From Mytilus edulis (Eukaryota), in contig NC_092351.1 in the NCBI RefSeq assembly GCF_963676685.1, positions 34,968,001 to 35,032,000 of the forward strand: a DNA stretch of 64,000 bases. The letters are read 5' to 3'. Within the stretch, counting starts at the first letter, position 1. Each line of letters opens with the position of its first letter. Shown in pieces: positions 54,531 through 64,000 of this stretch. The position numbers were made by a program, and so were the translations under genes. The notes beneath the pieces were generated by a model. The model ran no database searches and was not told the DNA's origin. It was given only the letters and a program-made list of their open reading frames with translations.

Positions 54531-56154
54531 AAAGCCCCAAACAACATCGTTTTTGTCTGTAAAAGTCACTACATTAATTGCTTGATAAACGAATTAGGTA
54601 TAGACAATTCACTTGGAAACTCAACATATACCCTTACGACACTTACCAAAGAGGAAATCCTGGATAATCATAGGTCTGTTCTTTGTTCTTTTGGTATTTC
54701 AACCAAAGATGAAGAACTGGATCTTCCATCACTGTATTGGATACCTAAACTACATAAGTGTCCTTACAAACAACGGTATATTGCTGGGTCTTCCCAGTGC
54801 TCCACGAAACCTCTTTCTAAATTATTAACATCTATTCTATCAGCAACTCAAGACGGGCTTCAAAGTTATTGTGAAACTGCCTATTCTAGAGGTGGCGTGA
54901 ATCAGATGTGGATACTTAAACATTCCAAAGATCTTTTAGAGTACATACAATCTAACTCTCTGTCATCTTGTAACAGTATTAAAACATTTGACTTTTCTAC
55001 TCTTTACACAAGTATTCCACATTCCAAACTAAAAGACAAACGGAAAGAGTTGGTATTACTTTGCTTCATAAAAAGAATGGCCAACGTAGATACAAGTATC
55101 TTGTCTTAGGGAGGGATAAATCATACTTTGTAAAGAATCACTCTGATTCAAACAAAAAATTCTCTGAAACCGATATTATTAAGATGCTTGATTTCTTGAT
55201 TGACAACATATTTGTAACGTTCGGTGGGCGTGTTTTTCAACAGACTGTCGGCATCCCAATGGGAACAAACTGTGCCCCTCTACTTGCCGACTTGTTTCTT
55301 TATTATTATGAGGCTGACTTCATGCAGGAACTTCTTAGGAAGAAAGATAAGAAGTTAGCAATATCCTTTAACTCTACTTTCCGCTATATAGATGACGTTC
55401 TTTCACTAAACAAATCAAAATTTGGTGACTATGTGGAACGCATCTATTCCATCGAATTGGTGATAAAGGATACTACAGATACAGTTAAGTCGGCTTCATA
55501 TCTTGACTTACATCTAGAAATTGACAATGAGGGTCGGTTGAAAACAAAACTTTACGACAAAAGAGATGATTTCAGCTTTCCAATTGTGAACTTTCCATTT
55601 CTAAGTAGCAACATTCCAGCAGCACCTGGATACGGGGTATATGTCTTCAATTGATACGATATTCCCGTGCTTGCATTGTCTATCATGATTTTCTTGATAG
55701 AGGGTTACTGCTCACAAGGAAGCTATTAAACCAAGAGTTTCAAATGGTGAAGTTGAAATCATCCCTTCGTAAATTTTACGGACGCCATCACGAGTTGGTT
55801 GATCGTTATGGAATAACCGTTTCACAAATGATATCGGATATGTTCCGTACGTCGTAACTACAATCCTCTTCCCTTTCATGAATGTGACCTACCGAATTAG
55901 ACTATTTACCGGATTTGTAATCACATAAGCAACACGACGGGTGCCACATGTGGAGCAGGATCTGCTTACCCTTCCGGAGCACCTGAGATCAACCCTAGTT
56001 TTTGGTGGAGTTCGTGTTGTTTATTCTTTCGTTTTCTATGTTGTGTCATGTATTATTGTTTTTCTGTTTGTCTTTTTCATTTTTAGCCATGGCGTTGTCA
56101 GTTTGTTTTAGATTTATGAGTTTGACTGTCCCTTTGGTATCTTTCGTCCCTCTT
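54531..56154 (+). mobile_element. 5'-truncated Penelope-like retroelement (RT), two frameshifts; TTAGTGAC duplication
   Basis: ORFs 54582-55109, 55061-55654, 55651-55857 carry consecutive PLE RT/thumb motifs; ttagtgac at 54523-54530 and 56155-56162. Confidence 0.9.
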
Positions 56155-56790
56155 TTAGTGACCTAATACGATATATATGGGGTCAGTAAATTCCATAAGG
56201 AATGGTCACTAGCACACCGTATACAGAATTTATCTTACCGACTATCTTCACATGTGGTATTTGGACTAGCGACCTCTCATAGTGATCAAGCCTTCATTAC
56301 TTAGTAAATCCTACTTCCATTTGTCTATACAGAAAACAAATGCAAACAACTTTTTAGCTTCATATTCGTTTTATGAATTTATTTCAATCGTTTATTATAT
56401 GTATCAATTTCTTCGTTTGTTAAATCCTTTCAAATTTCTTTTTTCTTTTTTTTTTAAAGGGAAGTTACTCCCATATGCCAACAATAATAACTTGTTGGCT
56501 TTAATTATGTTTTATGAACTTATTCAACCTTTCATCATCAATTTCTTCGTCTGTTGAATCAGATTTGTCCTCAACACCGTGTTATTTTTATGTAATAAAG
56601 GGTTGTGGCATCTTTATTGTTTTGAAAGGGAAGTAATTCCTTCATAGGTCCATATGGTGGCTAACCCTATATGGTAACTAGCCATGTATTTTTAGGGCAC
56701 CCTATACAAAATAGACGTAGTCACGACATTTAGTCCTTTAATCAATCATATCTTTATAAATATATAGGAGTAAGAAAAAAAATATATATA

Positions 56791-58093
56791 CAGTCCGCCA
56801 AAAGTTAAGCACCACCTACTTTTATTGCATCGATTTTTTTTCAAATTTAAAAAATCAATTGTTCCTCGAAAAATAGAAAACAATCATATAGCAATTTTGC
56901 TAATGTATACCATAAACAAACCACAAATATAATTTTGGTCACTTATGAAGGTTCTATGCATATAGGTTTTTCGTTCATAGAAAAAGTGTAAATTACACAA
57001 TTAAGAAATGGAATTTAAGTTTCACTGTGATTTTATTTTTTTACAACAATTAATCACCCAATACCATTAAAATTTTCTACACATAATCTTTGGTATGTTT
57101 GGCAAATTTAATGTCAATATTTGAGTCAATAGCATGTGTAACAACCTCATTTCCGGTACAGTTTCATAACACGACCTATCTTTCTCGGTACAAGCCTTCA
57201 AAACTTTAGTTGAGGAAATCTGTTGCATTAAACAACAAATGCCACTTTTAAATCGACAAACTTTTGTAAAGGTGAATCTCTGCGATTGAGATTTTCGACA
57301 ATGGCATCTCAGACATGTTTGATAGGGTTCATGCATGGAGTCAAGGAAGGCCAAAAATTAGTGTAAATGGCTGGTTGGTCTTTGGACTCGGTTAAAATTC
57401 TTGCCCTGCGTGGTATAGCGTTGTCATTCAGGTACAAGTGTCTTGACAATGTTGACGCAAGTGGGGGATTACTAAAATGACGGACTACAATATGTTAAGG
57501 CACCAAATCTCTGTATGTCTGTCCGTTTATGTTACCCTGCAGAATATGCATACCCAGCTTATAACGGTATAAGAAGCAACCCCGTACTGGAACACAACCA
57601 GCAATGCATGCAGTCCTTGTGCAAATATTGTTTTTGGTCATAGGCCGTTTTTTACCCCTGCGAAATTCGTATTATGGCGTCTTCTGGCAGTAAAGGAAAC
57701 TGACTCCCATCTGACCAATGAGTGTTTTGTCAGGTTCTTATGTTCAAGCATAGATTTTTATTATCCCATTTAAACCTGACGGTAGAGTGCCTGCTTGAAG
57801 GTACAGGTCTCTATACACCATGACGTGCTCTTCGTTTGCCTCTTTAAAGTCGACGGACCAATGTACGAACACTTACACGACCACCTGGAGAAACAGTGTA
57901 TTTATAAACGCACATATGACCTTTGATAAAAGGTTGGTTGACTGCTTTATCGGAGTGCAATCTTTTTGGTCGTAATGAATTTTTTTAATGTATGTTAAAG
58001 GTAATTCATAACACCAAACATTAATAGTTTTTTTGCAATAGTTAAAAAAATATTGCCAGTTATATTTCGGTGGTGCTTAACTTTGGCGGACTG
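56791..58093 (-). mobile_element. Tc1-family DNA transposon with decayed transposase, right arm only
   Basis: TIRs CAGTCCGCCAAAAGTTAAGCACCACC / GGTGGTGCTTAACCTTTGGCGGACTG, TA duplication; minus-strand SVRTLVRRL*RGKRRAR..RP.......RFKW resembles a Tc1 HTH region. Confidence 0.85.
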
Positions 58094-58268
58094 TATATAT
58101 ATATAGAGAGAGAGAATTCGTCTTAACATCAGCCCAACAATGTTACTGTAAATTTGCTTTCGCAATTGTTTTGATCCCCCTTCGCCGGGATCGAAAGAGA
58201 TGCAACTGAGACAGCGTGACAACAAATCGACTTCACTAGACACGCTAGACCACTTGATCACCTTGACT
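58094..58268 (-). mobile_element. tRNA-derived SINE (mirror of 38896-39081), tail split by the Tc1 element
   Basis: Reverse complement match. Confidence 0.75.
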
Positions 58269-59288
58269 TCACATAGATATATACGATGTATTTGCGATAT
58301 ATGTTTTATGATATACGTTTTTTGTTGAAGGTGTACATATAACAACAACTGTATCAACCCAGGTCAACGGTAAAGTAGGTTCATGGTTTACACCTGATGT
58401 CATGGATTTCACTATAGACGTAAATAAGTATAAACTGGACCTTAGTGGAATAACGTCGTTAGTATTTGAATTAAAGAGATGTGGTCGAGCACATGTCCTT
58501 CTGTCAAGTTCTGATGTCAGAATCTCGTCAGAACCAATGTTTGAGATTGATATTGGATTTGATACTTATGAAACCTACATTATCTATCGCGCTGACGATT
58601 CATTAGATTCTGGAAGCAGGATTTTTTCTAAATTTCTTACACCGAATATATTTAACTGCACTGTGTATCTACCATTCTGGATTAGTTGGGCAGATGGAGA
58701 AATTAAATTAGGAACTGGGATTGTTGTTGATGAAAACGTATTGGGATATTTGACAAATGCACCTCAGTTTGAAGTGAAAGCTATTGGAGTATTAACAACC
58801 TATGGTATGTTAGGAAGTTGGAGAATACAATTTGAAGGTAATTTTGAGGCATTGACTCTATTGTCCAAATTCTTACAGTACATTGCTTCTTACTTGTATA
58901 TTTCACACAGCTTAATTGACGGTCCGCTTTGGCAGGGGTTTAACTTCCAGTACGAAGAAAACAAATAGTGTACACTCTTGGTGGATAAAAATTTCAATTG
59001 TGATCTTAAAATAAAAAAAGAAATATACGATGAGCATATATTGTTTAATCCGAATAAAAGATATAATATAATTAGTCCATACATTTTCTGGAGTCGGTGC
59101 AGTACTTTAACATAAATAAAGGAAGATGTGGTGTGAGTGCCAACGATGCAACTATTCATCCAAATAACAATCTATAAAAGTAAACCATTATAGGTCAATG
59201 TACGGCCTTTCACACGGAGCCTTGGCTCAGACCGAACAGCAAACTATAAAGGGCCCCAAAACTACTAATGTAAAACCATTCAAACGGT

Positions 59289-60231
59289 GATAAAGAAAAG
59301 TAGACTGTACCCTGATAAATTTATTGCGAAATTGAAAGGGACTGGGGACATTATAAAATAAGATCGAGGATCTGATGAAGTAGAACAAGTGAATCCAAAT
59401 GATGTTGATTATCAAATATATAAGAAAAACGTAGAACATGACTTTGTAGATGTAAGAACTTATGGATTTCGTCCGAATGATACTAACGATAAACTTTTGT
59501 TGATTGCTAAATTTGCCTTTGACAAAGATCTTTTCGTTTGTAAGAAATGATTGATGTTTATTTTAGATGAATTTTAAATTTTGAATATTCCATGATTTTG
59601 AAAACTTTTTTTCTGCTATATTTCAACTAACAAGTCTTTTGAGTAAACAACTAACAATGGCTAAAATGTCAAAATAAAGTTGATTGTATGACAGAATTGG
59701 AAAACCATCTGCATACATTCAATATTTGTTTTCATGCTATGATACTTGTTGTGACTGAGAGAAATGTTGTGAAATATAAATATGAGTGATTGTTTTTTTT
59801 TTTGTTTTTTTTTTTATATATATTTTTTTTTTTTTAAATTTAAAGATTAGAAAATAATTTAAAAAAAGAAACTAAGTGATAATGATGTAATGTGTAAGAG
59901 TATGCATGTGTGAAGTGTTGCATGGACTTTCTACAAAATATTATATAGATGATATGTATAACGATTGTATAGTATGCATAGATATGTAGTATGAATAACA
60001 ATTAGAAAAAATCTATGTCAAAAAAAAAAAGAAAAAAAAGATTCACTTAACTTTTGAAAACGTTTGCTTTTCTCTTTAAAACACATGCATTGAGACGAAA
60101 ACAATCAATGCAGGAAGTTTAATGTAATGATATTTGCAAAGTGTTGTTACTTTAAGTCTAATATGGCTTCTAAAGATTAAACATGTTGAAGAGAGAACCA
60201 GTTGAAAAAAAAAAAAAAAAAAAAAAAAAAA
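59289..60231 (+). mobile_element. Right-arm-specific insertion, probably a 5'-truncated LINE 3' end with poly(A)
   Basis: Absent from the left arm; ENVEH..V.C and LLLIAKF resemble L1/Tx1 ORF2 C-terminus; ends in a ~27-nt A-run. Confidence 0.6.
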
Positions 60232-62998
60232 GAAAGTTCTGTAATATAGATACCTTATTTAACACAAGATACATATGAGGTGAATATCAACAATAAAACT
60301 ATAAAATAAGAGCTGTATAAAACTTCCCTGTACAGATTTAAGCATTACAAATAGTATCAACAGGTCAAATGAACAAGAAAGTACGATTTGAGAGTACTCG
60401 CAATTACGGACATCTAGTTAAAAGCCAAAAACAATTAATAATTAAAACTCATGCATCAATTACTAAACTCAACTAAAACATATGTTCTTTTCTCTCCTGC
60501 ATAATTTGATCCAGTTTTTTACTATAACCATTACATTTTTTAGTGTCAAAACTACTGCCACACTCCCCATTTCCATTCTCAATTTTAGACTGTTACAATT
60601 GGTTTGAATACGTAGCAATACTAGAACTTAGAAAAGACTTACCAGTTATTTTTTATGCACTTTCGCTTCATCGCATGCAAAAACATGAACAGTTTTATCA
60701 CGCAAATGAAACTTCACATGTCGTACATTACATTTCAATTTGTTTTTCGTATAATTTTTTGATAGGCCCAAAACACTCTTATCGTAAATCCTCATTTACT
60801 TTCGAAAATAAAATCTCTTCATATTCTAAAGTGTTTTGAATAAAGCTTTTGTATTTATATATTAAACACGTTTAAAATAGTTTCAGACAACTTTGCTTGA
60901 TATTTTGACAGCTGTAGTATGGATAATACCAAGTCTGATATTGTTGTAGTCAACGACATTAAATGTTCAAAATCAGTGTGTGCTGTAAGCTGTGTTATGT
61001 CAAGGACTTGCATGGGTATTAATTTCAACAGTGCCATGACTAGGTTTGTATATAAAAAAAAAAACATTTTCTTTTTAACTGGGGTACTGGCTGTCAAACT
61101 CAATATTCTCATATTTGAATATTAATAATGTAAAACACTTATTAAAACTATTAAACGTCTAAAATAAACAAGGAACAAGGCATGTGCTCGATAAAATGTA
61201 GTTTTCGTTTCGTAAGTATTTTATGATTGATGATTGAACATTATTGTTAAGTATGGTTTCACATGTGCATGAATCTAGAATTTGCTTTTCTTTTTTATAT
61301 CTTGACGCACGATACTGTGATATTTGAATAGTTAGAAAACCGCTCTTTAGAAAATTAGGAGCACATTTAATGAGACAGAAATCAATAAATAAAACAAAAA
61401 CGATTTACGGATTCCAATGAATTTTAACCAGTCATGTTGTATAATTTAGAGAAAGCAAGTATATTTTAAACTATAATAGATGTTGTTACCAAGGGTCAAA
61501 ACTAGTCGAAAGTGTAATCAGACACACTTTTGATTCCAGAACTCGAAATTACATGTGCATAAAAAGAAATGCATTAGAATAATCTGACAATACAATAACT
61601 GCAATACTGTAACAGATAAAAAGATAAAAAAAAAAATTAAAAAAAAACAACATAACCATAAGTAGTTGAAATAATAAATATGCTGATATAATAATCGAAC
61701 TTCATTTACATATTACATACGGGCATGTCATGATAATTGCTGAATAACATGGTCTGTTCGAAATGCCAAACGTAAATTCTGTTACATAATTGAAAACGAA
61801 AATTTTAAAAGGGAACAGTACACATCATAATTATTTGTTGTCCAAGTATGAATAAAGGCAACAGTAGTATACCACTGTTCGAAATTCATAAATCTATAGA
61901 GAAAAAACAAATCCGAGTTACAAACTAAAACTGAAGGAAACGCATCAAATATAAGAGAACTACGACACAACAGAAATACAACATTAAAATGTATCACACA
62001 CAGAAACGAACTATAATATACAATGGTCATTTCCCTGACTTGGTACATGGCATTTTAAGATAACAAAGGTGGGTTGAACCTGGTTTTGTTGCATGCCAAA
62101 CCTCCAAATTTAAAGGCAATGTTAATTATAACATAACAATGAAAATATTACATGAGAGGACTACAATACAAATAAATGGGAGAAAATATAGGACAGAGAA
62201 ACAAATGATTAATAGCCAACAACAGGTACCTGGTTCAAAATTTTAATACGTCAGACGCGCGCCACGTCCACATATGAAATATGGATTCATATGTAGACTT
62301 TCTGAATATTACGTGGGCATGCGTTTGTAGATTTATTATGTTAATACCATAGTTATCACATATTAAGTTAATTAAATATACATAAACATATTTTTGTTAA
62401 AGCGCCAGCAAAAGCAATTTTTCTCTGGGTGCGGGATTTTCTCGCTGTATTAACGACCTATTGGTGGCATTCTGCCAATTTTTAATCTGGTTACTGTCTC
62501 TTTGGCACATTCCTCATTTCAATTTTCAAGTTTATAATGCTTCGTCATTGTTGTCAGTATAGTAAAAATCAATGTGACAATCATATACATGAGAACTGTA
62601 GCTAGATTTATAACCCAGCTGCATCTACCATTATCTATGTATCGCGCGTTCGTGTGTGAATTCAGTAATATAACAGTGTTTTCCATTTGTTTCGGGTTGG
62701 CATTTTTTGTTATAACGAACCTTCCGTTTTAAATTGTCCAAGGACTTCGTTTTATGTTATTATACTTTTCACAAACAACAAACTATACGTGTATTAATTT
62801 AAACAGTAGTCATTTATACATTTTAGATGTGAGCTTCTCTCGTTTGGACCAGATGTTGTGACAGACATACAACTTCACACTGAAGCCGGATGGAGATTCT
62901 ACGGCAAATGTTTAAATGTGGAAACTGTTTGTCTTGGATGTTACTTTTAGACAGCTGTTAGCAGTCTTCGATTTGGATATAATTTTAAAAAAAAATTA

Positions 62999-63066
62999 GC
63001 TTTTAGTTGTTTGTTTTTTAAGTACAGATATTGCTTTTAGTTGTTTGTTTTTTAAGTACAGATATT
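62999..63066 (+). repeat. Exact 34-bp tandem duplication at the outer end of the right arm
   Basis: gcttttagttgtttgttttttaagtacagatatt x2. Confidence 0.9.
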
Positions 63067-63449
63067 AAGTGATATGTACTATAGATTCGTTTACTTTTGA
63101 GGATGCTAGTTTTCGTGGATTTAGGAAACTTGCATTTTCGTTGATAATTGATTTTGTGGTTTATCGAGAGTCAACTTTAAATGTTTCATTCGTTTGACAT
63201 TGAAATTCGTAATTCCCTTGTATGAACCCACTAAGCTATTGGTAATTTTTGGACAGTTGTTAATCACCAATGCTCGAATCTCGTGAACCCAATTAGAAAT
63301 TTAAAAAAAAGGTGAAATAAAAAGAGTTACAAAATCACATGAACCCTACACAAAGCTAGATCGAGTGCTTGGACATGGAAGCGGCTTATGCTACTTCCTC
63401 TTTTCTAAAATCTTTCCCGAGGAAGATTTTTCAAGAGCATGAACCTATT

Positions 63450-63589
63450 GATAAACGTCGTATTATGTAAATGCATGCAGGTATCATATCTAAATTGAGA
63501 TATGTCAACTCTATACGATAAACGTCGTATAATGTAAATGCATGCAGGTATCATATCTAAATTGAGATATGTCAACTCTATACGATAAA
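63450..63589 (+). repeat. 67-bp tandem duplication
   Basis: gataaacgtcgtat(t/a)atgtaaatgcatgcagg...caactctatac x2. Confidence 0.9.
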
Positions 63590-64000
63590 GAAGGAAGTAG
63601 GTTACTGCTGTGGAATGTGAAGTTTACAGTTTCTAGCTGGAATCATCACGCTGCAATATATCTAATAGATAGTTTTGAAGTTGTCCTTCTTTGGCAATAT
63701 CAAGTACGTATCTATTCCTTCGAATCGAAGAACAATTTTTACTTCAAGCTCACACTGATTTATGAAAGACCATTATAAACTGTAGCTTATATTATTCAGA
63801 GACAGAACATGATCAATATGTCATTGAATAACTTCCATATATCATGGTGTTCCTTAATGTTGTAGAAGGTTTTGATTTTTATTTTGCTTCACATGAGCAT
63901 AAACACAAGTCGACCAGTTAGGTGACTACTTGATACCCATTGTAATAATGAACATTTGTTGAAATATCAATCAACCAATCACATTTTAAACTATAGAACG

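Larger units (their letters stand above)
53265..62950 (+). pseudogene. Right copy of secreted FAMeT-like + PAN-domain gene; exons 53265-53310, 58331-58837, 60881-61043, 62827-62950; in-frame TGA at 60898-60900
   Basis: Exon lengths 46+507+163+124 = 840 nt (279 aa + stop) with matching phases; exon 4 reads RCELLSFGPDVVTDIQLHTEAGWRFYGKCLNVETVCLGCYF*; TGA replaces the GGA seen in the left copy. Confidence 0.75.
47825..63024 (+). repeat. Right arm of giant inverted duplication
   Basis: Reverse complement of 34271-47474 with arm-specific insertions and deletions. Confidence 0.95.

Noticed and set aside
58838-58968. C-terminal extension of the FAMeT ORFs (GNFEALTLL...), also 38211-38326
   Set aside because: Begins at a GT donor whose phase matches the next exon; most likely intron read-through, although intron retention cannot be excluded
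60898-60900. In-frame TGA as selenocysteine
   Set aside because: Aligns with Gly (GGA), not Cys, in the sister copy and no SECIS-like hairpin was recognised; simple nonsense change is more likely
34271-63024. Whole palindrome as one giant TIR transposon (Maverick/foldback type)
   Set aside because: Arms consist of a host gene and unrelated nested TEs, with no transposase, integrase or polymerase in the 350-bp centre and no TSD at the outer ends

Overview
AT-rich, intron- and repeat-dense eukaryotic DNA, most consistent with a bivalve mollusc, probably a Mytilus-type mussel (inferred from gene content and repeat families). The left half holds four genes: the first coding exon of a secreted PAN/apple-domain gene, a 3-exon NAT16/histidine N-acetyltransferase-like GNAT gene, a short-chain-collagen-C4-like pseudogene exon, and a 3-exon gene missed by the ORF track. 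That last gene encodes a 96-aa secreted Gly/Tyr/Lys-rich (GGKY)n protein resembling mussel foot (byssal) proteins. The right half (~34.3-63.0 kb) is one giant imperfect palindrome: two ~13-15 kb inverted arms around a 350-bp spacer. Two decayed L1/Tx1 LINEs sit head-to-head at its centre. Each arm carries a copy of a 4-exon gene (signal peptide + farnesoic-acid-O-methyltransferase-like domain + PAN domain) with a Penelope-like element in intron 1. The two copies are damaged in complementary places: a nonsense codon in exon 3 on the right, and loss of the exon 4 start on the left. The rest is Penelope fragments, tRNA-derived SINEs, a Helitron, Tc1/pogo elements and MITEs, often nested. Most short ORFs in the track are noise. 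Coordinates were read by eye, so repeat edges are approximate.
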